This document shows positions 17,769 through 26,449 of a stretch of DNA of 64,000 nucleotides, in pieces. Below the pieces are notes generated by a model. The model did not search any database and was not told the DNA's origin. It saw only the letters and a program-made list of their open reading frames with translations. The position numbers were made by a program, and so were the translations under genes. Each line of letters opens with the position of its first letter. Positions within the stretch are counted from its first letter, which is position 1. The DNA comes from a virus: the IMG/VR virus record IMGVR_UViG_3300029258_004290, positions 1 to 64,000 of that record. One strand, given 5' to 3'.

Positions 17769-18379
17769 GGGCGTCCTGGCGCCAGGCCGAGTCGTTCGTC
17801 GTCGTCGACACGGAGACCGGCGGCTTCAGCCCGAGGCGGGACGCCGTGATGCAGATCGCGGCGGTGTACTACGTCGGCGGTAGGTCGCACGACTCCTTCG
17901 AGACGCTTGTCAAGCCGGCTCGGGGCCTGCGCGTGACGGAGCGCGCCGTGGCGGTGCACGGCATCCAGCTCGAGCGCGCGATGGACGAGGGGCTCGAGGA
18001 GGCGGAGGCGTTCCGCCGGCTGCAGGCGTTCTACGAGAAGAACACCGGCTGCAGGAAGGACAAGGAGAAGCGGCCTTGGACGATCGGGCAGAATGTGAAG
18101 TTCGACATCGACTTCCTCTACCAGGTGGGAGAGCGCGTTCGGACGCCGCTGTGGTACTTCGTCGACCCGGCGAAGGTGCTGGACGTGCTGCAGTTCTACC
18201 GGTCGGCCCAGTACGTGGGCCTGGCGCCGAGCGGGAGCGGGAAGCTCGAGGTGATGGCGAAGGGGCTCGGTGTCCCGGTCGTCAAGTTGCACGACGCCCT
18301 CGAGGACTGCCGCGCGACGGCGGCGGTGTTCCTGGAGCTGCGTAGGCGGTTCCTGCACAGGATCGAGAATGGAGGCTGA
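17765..18379 (+). CDS. DEDDh 3'-5' exonuclease (Pol III epsilon-like)
   Basis: VVDTETGG, GQNVKFDIDFL, LHDALEDC. Confidence 0.9.
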   Translation: MRASWRQAESFVVVDTETGGFSPRRDAVMQIAAVYYVGGRSHDSFETLVKPARGLRVTERAVAVHGIQLERAMDEGLEEAEAFRRLQAFYEKNTGCRKDKEKRPWTIGQNVKFDIDFLYQVGERVRTPLWYFVDPAKVLDVLQFYRSAQYVGLAPSGSGKLEVMAKGLGVPVVKLHDALEDCRATAAVFLELRRRFLHRIENGG

Positions 18380-18380
18380 C

Positions 18381-18740
18381 ATGGGCGGGGAAAAGGACAG
18401 TCTGTACGGAAGGCCGGAGCTGGGGCCGCCGGTGACGGCGACGCTTCACCTGGACGGGCTCCGGGGCCACGTCTTCCACATACTTGAGCCGATGCTCGAC
18501 CAGCAGGCGGAGGCCTGCCGGGACGCGGTCAAGAAGGCGATCGAGCGGTACGACCTCGAGGGCGCGGTGGCGGACATCGTCTACCGGAAGATGCACGCGA
18601 CTCTGGAGGCCTCCCTCGGGAGGATGGTGGAGGACGCCGTCGAGCGGGCCACCCGCAGCGGGAAGTGGAACCTGCAGCAGGACATCGAGCGCCGCGTCGA
18701 GGCGGCGATGGAGGGGTTGGGAAATGCGGATAATCAATAA
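18381..18740 (+). CDS. hypothetical protein
   Basis: GGAGG SD; helical composition. Confidence 0.6.
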   Translation: MGGEKDSLYGRPELGPPVTATLHLDGLRGHVFHILEPMLDQQAEACRDAVKKAIERYDLEGAVADIVYRKMHATLEASLGRMVEDAVERATRSGKWNLQQDIERRVEAAMEGLGNADNQ

Positions 18741-19440
18741 GGGGCGGGCGGAGATTGTCGACATGACGCCGCGGCCGCTCGAGGCGATCGAGAGGGCCGG
18801 GCGCACGTGCTACCGGTCGGAGGACAAGATCACGGAGGGGAGCGCGAGGCGGTTCGTCGCGCAGCTCCTGCTCAGGGGGCACCACGCGATGATCGAGATG
18901 GCGGGCTTCACCGCCCGCTTCTGCGACATCAGCAGGGGGGTGTCGCACGCCCTGGTTCGGCACCGGCTCGCGTCAATGGCGCAGGAGTCGACGATCTGGA
19001 TGGACTACTCGAGGAAGGGCGAGCTCGGCTTCGTGCCGAACGACCTGCCGCTGGATGAAAAAATTTTTGAAACCGGGCGAGAGGCCGGGTACGAATATAC
19101 GTGGACGCTGCGGCAATGGCTTGAGTTGACAGAGGCGGTGTACCTCGGTCTGCGGAAGATGGGGTACAAGCCGCGGTCGGCGCGGCAGGTCCTTCCCATC
19201 GGGACGAGGACGGAGCTGGTGTTCCGCGCGAACATGAGGCAGTGGCGGCACATCTTCGCGGTGAGGTCGGACCCGACCGACCACCCCGAGACGAGGGCGG
19301 CGGTGCACCAGCTCCTCTGCAAGGCACAGGCCGCGGTGCCGGTCATGTTCGATGACTTCGTGTCGGAGGTGGGGTCGTACGAGGTGAGGCAGATCAGCCC
19401 GCGCGAGGCGTGGGGAGAAATAGCCGGAGGTAAGGCATGA
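18724..19440 (+). CDS. thyX: FAD-dependent thymidylate synthase
   Basis: AGRTCY, GHHAMIE, SRGVSHALVRHRLASMAQES (RHRx7S), ARQVLP, NMRQWRH. Confidence 0.9.
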   Translation: MRIINKGRAEIVDMTPRPLEAIERAGRTCYRSEDKITEGSARRFVAQLLLRGHHAMIEMAGFTARFCDISRGVSHALVRHRLASMAQESTIWMDYSRKGELGFVPNDLPLDEKIFETGREAGYEYTWTLRQWLELTEAVYLGLRKMGYKPRSARQVLPIGTRTELVFRANMRQWRHIFAVRSDPTDHPETRAAVHQLLCKAQAAVPVMFDDFVSEVGSYEVRQISPREAWGEIAGGKA

Positions 19441-19760
19441 ACGACAAGGACAGGGACCTGCTCTACGCGCAGATCGCGGACAAGGCGGAGGCGGAGCTGC
19501 GCCGGGCGCACGTGAAGTTCGGCGACCCGCCGACGCTGCCGCACGCAGTGGAGATCCTGAAGGAGGAGGTCAGCGAGATCGTGGCCATCGCGCGCGGCCG
19601 GGACTGGGGCGGCTCGATGCTGACGCGGCTCGAGCAGGAGGCGACGCAGACCGCCGCCATGGCGCTCAAGATCATGGTGTGGGCGGCGCGCGCCAGGAAG
19701 AAGCTGCAGGCGGACCCGAACGCGAACCTGCAGTGGCCGCTGGGCGACGAGGACTGGTAG
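19437..19760 (+). CDS. MazG-like all-alpha NTP pyrophosphohydrolase-like protein
   Basis: ILKEEVSE...EQEATQTAAMALK pattern. Confidence 0.5.
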   Translation: MNDKDRDLLYAQIADKAEAELRRAHVKFGDPPTLPHAVEILKEEVSEIVAIARGRDWGGSMLTRLEQEATQTAAMALKIMVWAARARKKLQADPNANLQWPLGDEDW

Positions 19761-19764
19761 GCCC

Positions 19765-20388
19765 GTGGACACGGTGAGCAAGGCGAAGCGCTCCGAGATC
19801 ATGAGCAGGATCCGGAGCCGGGACACGAAGCCGGAGCTGGCCCTGGCGGAGGAGCTGCGGAGGGCCGCGGACCCCGGGCTGCCGTTCGAGAGGGACGCCG
19901 GGGACGTGGACGGCCGGCCGGACTTCGCGTTCCGGCAGGTCAGGCTCGCCGTGTTCGTGGACGGCTGCTTCTTCCACGGCTGCCCGCGGCACTACAAGGA
20001 GCCGAAGTCGAACGTCGCCTTCTGGCGGGGCAAGATCGCCAGGAACAGGGAGCGGGACCGCCAGGTGCGGCGCCGGCTGAACTACCTGGGCTGGTCGGTG
20101 ATGCGGGTCTGGGAGCACGAGGTCCGGCGCGACCCCGCGGCCGTCGCCGGTCGCGTCCTGGCCCGCGCCAGGAGGGCCCCGGGGGCCCGGGCGTGGTTCC
20201 GGACCGGCTCGTACGCGGCCATGCGCCGGAAGGCCCGTCACGGGGCCTCCGCGGGCCTCTGCGGGCGCGCCGCCAGTCGCGCGAGGATGGCCCGTGCCGC
20301 ATCCGCCCCGCCGGGGGTACAGACACACTGCCGGGCCCAAAACGCGGCCATGGCGGCCGTCCTCGCGCGAACGGGGGCTATCCGGTGA
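19765..20388 (+). CDS. vsr: very short patch repair endonuclease
   Basis: RSEIMSRIRSRDTKPE, GRPD, FVDGCFFHGC, FWRGKIARNRERD, GWSVMRVWEHE. Confidence 0.9.
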   Translation: MDTVSKAKRSEIMSRIRSRDTKPELALAEELRRAADPGLPFERDAGDVDGRPDFAFRQVRLAVFVDGCFFHGCPRHYKEPKSNVAFWRGKIARNRERDRQVRRRLNYLGWSVMRVWEHEVRRDPAAVAGRVLARARRAPGARAWFRTGSYAAMRRKARHGASAGLCGRAASRARMARAASAPPGVQTHCRAQNAAMAAVLARTGAIR

Positions 20389-20408
20389 GGGACCACAGAC
20401 AGGGGGAA

Positions 20409-20897
20409 ATGGCGATGACGGGGAGGGCACGGATCACCACCAGCCAGATGCTGGGGAAGCTGGCCAGGGTCGCGGCCGAGCGGAGCGCGTGCCTCCGGCA
20501 CCAGCACGGGGCGGTCGTGGCGGTGGACGGCATGGTCGTCTCGACCGGGTACAACGGCCCGCCGCGGGGGTTCCCGCACTGCGCGGCCTGCGCCAGGGAC
20601 CGGCACGAGCCCGGGACCAGGGAGCGGCTCGAGTCGTGCCATGCGGTGCACGCGGAGGCGAACGCCCTGCTGCAGGCCGGGCCCAGGGCGAGGGGCGGCG
20701 ACATGTACGTGACCGGGGTCCCGTGCCGGAACTGCGCCAGGCTGATTGTCCAGGCGGGGGTGAGGCGCGTGTACGTGGTCGGGGGCTTTGAGCTGGGTGA
20801 GAATGCGTGGGACGCGGCCAAGGTGTTCGCGGCGGTGTCGGTCGGCTTCTGCTGCCTGGACCTGAAGACCGGGAGCGTGACGTACTGGAGGGAATGA
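20409..20897 (+). CDS. dCMP deaminase
   Basis: RSAC, STGYNGPPRG, HAEANAL, PCRNC. Confidence 0.9.
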   Translation: MAMTGRARITTSQMLGKLARVAAERSACLRHQHGAVVAVDGMVVSTGYNGPPRGFPHCAACARDRHEPGTRERLESCHAVHAEANALLQAGPRARGGDMYVTGVPCRNCARLIVQAGVRRVYVVGGFELGENAWDAAKVFAAVSVGFCCLDLKTGSVTYWRE

Positions 20898-21097
20898 TGG
20901 GCACCACGATGACAGTCAAGCAGGCGATAGCGGTGTGCGGGGAGAGCGGCGCCGGCGGCGGCTTCTATGTGGATGCGCAGCCGGTCATAGCGTCGATCGC
21001 GCGGCGGCTCAGCGTCGCGCTCGGGAAGAAGGAATGGGGCTTGGTGCGAAAGCTGCGCAACGAGGTCGCGGAGCTTTCGAAGGCGGCGAAGTCCTAG
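20894..21097 (+). CDS. hypothetical protein
   Basis: GGAGG SD, ATGA coupling. Confidence 0.5.
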   Translation: MMGTTMTVKQAIAVCGESGAGGGFYVDAQPVIASIARRLSVALGKKEWGLVRKLRNEVAELSKAAKS

Positions 21098-21144
21098 TCT
21101 CCGATACCGCTAAGGGTTTGCCGGTGTGCAGGAAGGGGATCGGA

Positions 21145-21903
21145 ATGCCCAAGACACTAGCGAACCGGAAGAAGACAAGCTCCAGGGTGAAAGCCCTGGG
21201 CAACAGGTACTCGAGCGAGGAGCGGAAGCGCCTGGCTAGGCTGCCGGCGGAGAAGCTAAACAGGGAGGAGGGGTTCGTCGCGGCGCGGCAGCGCGCCGGG
21301 CGCGGAGGCAACGGCGGCTTCAACCTCAACAGGAAGAACCGCAACGGCCTCACGCTGCAGCAGGAGCGGTACGCCGAGCGGCTGGTCTACGGCGGAGAGA
21401 CGAAACGATTGAGCGAGTGGGCCGAGGTCGTCGGCGTCTCTACCAACACGATCGTCCGCTGGCACAAGGAGAAGCCGTTCGTCGAGAGGGTGAATGCGCT
21501 CCAGGCGGAGAGGCGCGAGGCGATGCAGCGCGCGATGTTCGGGAAGGTGATGCCGGTCATCGAGCAGCTCGAGCGGATCATCCAAATGGACCCGACATAC
21601 GAGGAGACGAAGTACGGGAAGGACGACTACGAGGTCCACACCAAGCGGGCGGACGCGAAGATCGTGGAGCAGCAGAGGCTGGCGATCCAGGACTTCTTCG
21701 CCCTGCTCGGGATGAGCGCGCCGAAGGACGACCGGCAGACGCTCTTCCACTTCCAGCAGGTCGTCACGAACTACCACGCCGCCGGCGGGGACAAGTCGGA
21801 GGCGGAGATCAGGCGGGAGCTGCTCGAGCTCCGGGCGCTCGAGCCCGGGGAGCCGCTCGACGACGACAGGACGATCGACGCCGAGAGCGTCGAGGAGGGG
21901 TGA
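21145..21903 (+). CDS. terminase small subunit (HTH)
   Basis: LTLQQERYAE...SEWAEVVGVSTNTIVRWHKEKPF HTH plus helical oligomerisation region; upstream of the large subunit. Confidence 0.65.
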   Translation: MPKTLANRKKTSSRVKALGNRYSSEERKRLARLPAEKLNREEGFVAARQRAGRGGNGGFNLNRKNRNGLTLQQERYAERLVYGGETKRLSEWAEVVGVSTNTIVRWHKEKPFVERVNALQAERREAMQRAMFGKVMPVIEQLERIIQMDPTYEETKYGKDDYEVHTKRADAKIVEQQRLAIQDFFALLGMSAPKDDRQTLFHFQQVVTNYHAAGGDKSEAEIRRELLELRALEPGEPLDDDRTIDAESVEEG

Positions 21904-21904
21904 C

Positions 21905-22147
21905 ATGGCGGGGCCTGAACAGACCTGGGTGCGGCTGACGGGGGCGGACGGCTCCTGCCTGACGTACAGGCTGGACAAGGTCGCCGGGTGGGGGCCGGCG
22001 GGGGAGGCTGTGAAGGCGGAAAACCCCGGCGTGGAGAGCGTGGTCGAGCTTGACCTGCCCGGAGGCGACGTCCTCCTGGTGCGGGAGAAGATCGAGGAGA
22101 TCGACGCGCTCGTGCGGTCCGCGACCGACGCGGCGAGGAAAGCATGA
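21905..22147 (+). CDS. small FlbD/SwrD-like protein 1
   Basis: WVRLTGADG...LDKV...GDVLLVREKIEEIDALV. Confidence 0.5.
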   Translation: MAGPEQTWVRLTGADGSCLTYRLDKVAGWGPAGEAVKAENPGVESVVELDLPGGDVLLVREKIEEIDALVRSATDAARKA

Positions 22148-22356
22148 GCGGCGAGAGGGGCCTCGTCCGCGTGACCGCCGACAGCGGGTGCGCGCTCTCG
22201 TTCCCGGTCGAGGACCTCGAGAGGATCGAGCCGGGCGAGGGCGGCGGCTGCCGCCTGTGGGTGCAGGGCTACCAACAGCCGTTTCAGCTGCGCAACGCAA
22301 AGGCAGTGGTGCGCCGGCGGATTGACCGGGCCCTGGCCGAGAGGAGGGAGCGTTGA
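22144..22356 (+). CDS. small FlbD/SwrD-like protein 2
   Basis: LVRVTADSG...VEDLERIE...PFQLRNAKAVVRRRI. Confidence 0.45.
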   Translation: MSGERGLVRVTADSGCALSFPVEDLERIEPGEGGGCRLWVQGYQQPFQLRNAKAVVRRRIDRALAERRER

Positions 22357-22730
22357 TACACTGCGATGAGATCGAGCGCGTTCGGGTGGGGCAATCGTGC
22401 CGGGCGCCGAGCAAGGAGGACGCGAACATTCTGGTTGACGTGCCGGGGATGGAGACGCGGTGGGTGGAGCGGCAATACTACGCCCGCTGCGACGAGTGCG
22501 ACGTGCTGGACGAGGTGGGCGAGCCGGCGGGGCACCGGTACCCCTCGGCGCGCCAGGCCAGGATGGCCGCCGTCCGGGACCGGGGCTGGATGTACGAGTT
22601 CAAGGTCGACGACCTGCTCTGCCCCAAGTGCGCGCTGAGGCTCTACCCCGGCGTGTACCAGGCGATCAGGAGGGCCACGAACAGGCCCGTGACCGAGGAG
22701 GAGCGAAAGGAGGCCGGGCTATGCGGGTAG
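22353..22730 (+). CDS. zinc-finger hypothetical protein
   Basis: CDEC...GW...LCPKC. Confidence 0.55.
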   Translation: MIHCDEIERVRVGQSCRAPSKEDANILVDVPGMETRWVERQYYARCDECDVLDEVGEPAGHRYPSARQARMAAVRDRGWMYEFKVDDLLCPKCALRLYPGVYQAIRRATNRPVTEEERKEAGLCG

Positions 22731-23068
22731 ACGGCTGGATCGAGGTGACGGAGCCCGACGGCAATGTCCTAGGGCTGCCGCTGCGCGCCATAAGGAAGGT
22801 CGAGGGCGGGGACAAGACCGCCACCATCTTCACGGACGCGTACGACCCGATCCACGTGGAGGAGACGGTCGCCTCGGTGCTCTCGAAGATCAGGGCGGAG
22901 GAGGATCGGACGCGGCCGCTCGCTTACTCGTGGCAACGGTGGTGGAGCCCGTTGTGGTGTCCGCCTGGTTGGCCGTACACGACGGTTGACGCGCCGAACT
23001 CCTCCGGCGCGATACAAGGAAGCGTGGTCATCAATGGGGTGACGTATGAGGCGAAGCGTGAATGCTGA
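22721..23068 (+). CDS. small FlbD/SwrD-like protein 3
   Basis: WIEVTEPDG...IRKVE...IHVEETVASVLSKI; AAGGAGG SD. Confidence 0.5.
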   Translation: MRVDGWIEVTEPDGNVLGLPLRAIRKVEGGDKTATIFTDAYDPIHVEETVASVLSKIRAEEDRTRPLAYSWQRWWSPLWCPPGWPYTTVDAPNSSGAIQGSVVINGVTYEAKREC

Positions 23069-23367
23069 GCAAGAGAGACAGGCGCTGCATCCGCCACATG
23101 GCCATGACGGCGCCGCTGCGGTACCCCCAGGTCCTGCGGCCGGAGCAGCAGCGGAGGATAGCGCTGCTCCTGGCGAGGCTCGAGGGGCTCGAGGACGGTC
23201 TGGCGGGGAAGGACACGGAGGCGGAGTGGCGGAAGGCGTGTGGGCCTGTCCGGCGTGCGGGGGCACGACGTTCAAGAAGAACATCGTCAGGCCGGGCGTC
23301 TGGCGGTGCGAGGCGTGCCGGCGCGAGTGGTCGACGCTCGCGCTCGTGCGCTCGGCGCGCTAAGTAA
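23062..23367 (+). CDS. hypothetical protein (overlaps a CPAC/CEAC zinc-ribbon frame ending at 23363)
   Basis: Coupled start; the true frame of the 3' half is ambiguous. Confidence 0.4.
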   Translation: MLSKRDRRCIRHMAMTAPLRYPQVLRPEQQRRIALLLARLEGLEDGLAGKDTEAEWRKACGPVRRAGARRSRRTSSGRASGGARRAGASGRRSRSCARRAK

Positions 23368-23377
23368 GGAGGGGATC

Positions 23378-23698
23378 ATGAGAGAGAGCAGGTGGATTTT
23401 CGTATCGGCGTTGGTGGCGCTTGCCGCGGGAGCCGTGACGTGGGCGGTGCTGGACTACGCCAACAAGCCGGCGCAGGCAGCTGTCGCGTCGCCGCCGGCG
23501 GTGCACTTCGTGGAGCTGCCGGTGCTCCATGAGGGGGCGCGGCTTTACGCGGCCCGGACGCCGGAGGGCTGGCTCGTGTGGGGCCGCGGTGGGGGTTTGA
23601 CGTACGTCCCGGACCCCGATATGAAGTGGGGGCCGGCCGCGGCGGAGCTGCGTGAGCTCGAGGGATTGATGCCGGCTAAGGGACACGCGTCCCGGTGA
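23378..23698 (+). CDS. small membrane-anchored protein
   Basis: AAGGAGG SD; N-terminal TM WIFVSALVALAAGAVTWAVL. Confidence 0.65.
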   Translation: MRESRWIFVSALVALAAGAVTWAVLDYANKPAQAAVASPPAVHFVELPVLHEGARLYAARTPEGWLVWGRGGGLTYVPDPDMKWGPAAAELRELEGLMPAKGHASR

Positions 23699-24636
23699 GT
23701 TTCTGGAGGGACGTCCTGCGGCCCTGGCTGAAGTATCTGGCGATCGTCGGCATCGTCGCGGCGGTCATCGGCCTGTGGTGCTGGCTGGTCCTGGGGTGCG
23801 ACGGCAACGAGACGCCGCCGCAGGCGCGGGAGTACCCCGACGACTTCAGCATCGGGACGCACCCGAGGACGCAGGCCGGAGAGCGCAGCTTCCACAATGG
23901 GGTGAAGCTCTACAACCTCAGGGAGTACGAGGACGCGGAGGTCCTGCTGGCGAAGTACGTCTTCGAGAAGGGCAGGTTGGAGGCCCGGCCGATGGCCTAC
24001 CTGCTCCTAGGGGAGATCCAGCGGGAGAAGGACGACCACTGCGGGTCGATACCGTACTACGAGCACGCGCTGAAGTACGGCAGTCCGTACGTCCGGCACC
24101 ACGCCGGGGTCAACCTCGTCTACGCGGCCCTGCGGTGCGACCGCGTGGACCTCGCCGAGCAGGTTTCCACCAATCTCATGAATGACAGCGAGGCCCGGTT
24201 TCGGAAGGCCGACGTCGGGGCGAACGACGACATCGAGACGGCGCGGGCGTTCGTCTACCGGCGGATGGGCCACGACGCGGCGAACAAGGGGTGGTGGGTC
24301 ACCGCGGTCGATAACTACCATTGCGCCTTGGAGCTGAGGCCGGACCTGGTGGACGTGGCCTGCGACAAGGCGTGGGCTCTGCTGCGCCTGGCTGAGACGG
24401 TGTGGCGAAGCGGCCTGCGCGACCGGAGCATGCGGCACCTGGTGGATGCGAAGGACATCCTCTACGACCCGAGGTACTCCCGCTTCGATGACGGCCGGTG
24501 CGCCGACCTGCGCGTGGAGATCGAGAGCGAGATCACCCGGCAGTACGGCTTGACGGTCGGCCGGGACAAGGCGAGATACGAGGATCCGCGGCACATGCGG
24601 ATCCTGGCGGAGATAACGAACGGAGGAGGCAGCTGA
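23695..24636 (+). CDS. membrane-anchored or lipoprotein TPR-repeat protein
   Basis: N-terminal TM ending LVLGC; TPR-like AYLLLGEIQ...YYEHALK and YHCALELRPD. Confidence 0.65.
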   Translation: MSFWRDVLRPWLKYLAIVGIVAAVIGLWCWLVLGCDGNETPPQAREYPDDFSIGTHPRTQAGERSFHNGVKLYNLREYEDAEVLLAKYVFEKGRLEARPMAYLLLGEIQREKDDHCGSIPYYEHALKYGSPYVRHHAGVNLVYAALRCDRVDLAEQVSTNLMNDSEARFRKADVGANDDIETARAFVYRRMGHDAANKGWWVTAVDNYHCALELRPDLVDVACDKAWALLRLAETVWRSGLRDRSMRHLVDAKDILYDPRYSRFDDGRCADLRVEIESEITRQYGLTVGRDKARYEDPRHMRILAEITNGGGS

Positions 24637-24854
24637 TGCCAGTGAAAAAGAGGAAACCGCGGAGGCGGGTGAAGAAGGCGGTCGCAAAGGCCCGGGACCG
24701 GAAAGACCCGGGCTTCAAGATCGTGAAGGTGACGAAGGTGGGGTTCGGGGAGCTCGAGGTCGTCGTACGCGTCTCGCTGCTCAATGTCCTGAAGAAGGCG
24801 GTCGCCGCAGCGGTGGCCGGGATAGCGAAGAGGAAAGCGAGGAAAGCGAAGTGA
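24636..24854 (+). CDS. small basic protein
   Basis: GGAGG SD; MPVKKRKPRRRVKK... Confidence 0.55.
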   Translation: MPVKKRKPRRRVKKAVAKARDRKDPGFKIVKVTKVGFGELEVVVRVSLLNVLKKAVAAAVAGIAKRKARKAK

Positions 24855-25192
24855 GAAAGACCATCGACACGAACAGGGCCCTCGAGGCGCTGGACCGGGA
24901 GGCGACGCAGTGCGACCTGCTCGCCGGCCAGGCGGTGCGGAAGGGCGACGAGAAGAACGCGCAGCGGTTCGCGGGGGCGGGCTCGCTCGCCTTGTCGCTG
25001 GCGGCCGCGATCCGCGCGGACAACTGGCCGACGCCTGCCAAGGAGCAGGAGGCCGAGAACCTGATGGCCGGCCTCGACAAGGCGGCGAAGGCCGCGGAGA
25101 AGGCCGTGGAGGACGCGAAGGCCGGCGCGAAGGAGCCCGCGGCCGTGGACGGCGGAAAGGCGAAAGACGACGGGAAGGGGGCGGCCCAATGA
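24851..25192 (+). CDS. hypothetical protein
   Basis: GTGA coupling. Confidence 0.6.
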   Translation: MRKTIDTNRALEALDREATQCDLLAGQAVRKGDEKNAQRFAGAGSLALSLAAAIRADNWPTPAKEQEAENLMAGLDKAAKAAEKAVEDAKAGAKEPAAVDGGKAKDDGKGAAQ

Positions 25193-25551
25193 GCCTGGAG
25201 GAGAGGAAGCCGACGTTCAAGGAGCGCAGCGAGTGCTGCAAGAAGGCGTTCACCGACGGCCTGAAGACCGCGATCCTGCAGGTGCTCCGCACGCTGCGGG
25301 ACGAGGCGAAGCTGCCGGACGTGCTCGGGCAGGGCATGTACTTCGCGATGGGCGAGGAGTGCGAGTGCCCGTACGGCGAGGGGCCGGACCGCAACACGTG
25401 GATGGCCGGCTGGATGAGGGCGTGCCGTCAGGACCACGCCAACAGGGCGCAGAAGGAGGGCCGCGACCGGGACAAGGCTGTGGTTGAGGAGGCCCAGAAG
25501 GCCATAGACCGGTTCGGCGAGAAGCTGGGCTTCATGGCCGCCAACGTCTAG
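25189..25551 (+). CDS. protein with RMF-like motif
   Basis: G...CPYGEGPDRNTWMAGWMRA resembles the ribosome modulation factor core CPY-x5/6-R-x2-W-x2-GW. Confidence 0.5.
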   Translation: MSLEERKPTFKERSECCKKAFTDGLKTAILQVLRTLRDEAKLPDVLGQGMYFAMGEECECPYGEGPDRNTWMAGWMRACRQDHANRAQKEGRDRDKAVVEEAQKAIDRFGEKLGFMAANV

Positions 25552-25555
25552 AGCC

Positions 25556-25813
25556 GTGGGAAAGCCGAGAAGGCGGGCGCTGCGCTGCCCGGTGTGCCGG
25601 GGGAAGATGGTCGTGACGCGCAACCGCGTCGACTACCCCGTCGTCTACGAGGTGAACGGCACGCCGCACCCCGACAGGAGGACGCCGCCGACCGCCGAGG
25701 CGAGCGCGGTCTGCCTGTGCGGGGCCGCGGTCGACCTGTCGGGCGACGGGCACAAGGTCGCCGACTTCGTGTCCGGCCTCGAGCTCGGAGACCTGCGGGC
25801 GGTCTCGCTGTGA
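25556..25813 (+). CDS. zinc-ribbon hypothetical protein
   Basis: CPVC...CLCG. Confidence 0.55.
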   Translation: MGKPRRRALRCPVCRGKMVVTRNRVDYPVVYEVNGTPHPDRRTPPTAEASAVCLCGAAVDLSGDGHKVADFVSGLELGDLRAVSL

Positions 25814-26031
25814 AGAGGGGGAAGGCCGTCTACACGTCGGGGAAGGTCGTGGCGTGCGTGGCCGAGGACTCGGCCGGCGTCACGCAGGTCTGCATCGAGT
25901 ACCCGGAGCAGTCGCACACGGCGGCGGTGTGGGTGCCGCTAGGGGAGTTCGGCGACCTGCGCGAGATCGTGAGGCAGGTCGAGACGTACGAGCTGACCGG
26001 CCCGACGCGGCGGGAGACGCTGGGACGGTGA
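25810..26031 (+). CDS. hypothetical protein
   Basis: GTGA coupling. Confidence 0.5.
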   Translation: MKRGKAVYTSGKVVACVAEDSAGVTQVCIEYPEQSHTAAVWVPLGEFGDLREIVRQVETYELTGPTRRETLGR

Positions 26032-26170
26032 GGTGGCGGATCGCCCTGGCGCGCCGCGTCGCGGCCGGGAAGAGGATCGGGGCGTCGGTGGGCGCGCCGC
26101 GGCGGCTGGCCTCGTGGGTCGGCGACAGGTTCCGGTGGCTGCACGGGTACGATCCCGAGACGGAGGGGGC

Positions 26171-26380
26171 GTGGTAGCGGGCAGGCGAGCGGGCGTGTGG
26201 AGGTGGCTGGCGCCGGTCCTCGCCGGGCTGGTCGCGACGCTGGCGCCGATCGCGTACCGGTGCTACGAGGACAACCGGACGGAGCCGCCGGGGAGGATCG
26301 TCATCGAGCAGCGCGTCGTCGGCGGAGGGGGCGGGGGCGTGACGATCGACAAGACAGTCACGGTGCGGAGCAACCGGTGA
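26171..26380 (+). CDS. small membrane protein
   Basis: GGAGGGGG SD; WRWLAPVLAGLVATLAPIAY. Confidence 0.5.
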   Translation: MVAGRRAGVWRWLAPVLAGLVATLAPIAYRCYEDNRTEPPGRIVIEQRVVGGGGGGVTIDKTVTVRSNR

Positions 26381-26449
26381 CCAGGGAGCTGGCGTTGCGC
26401 CTGGAGTTCACCCGCCGCGTCATCGAGGAGATCGTGAGGCGGCTGCGGC

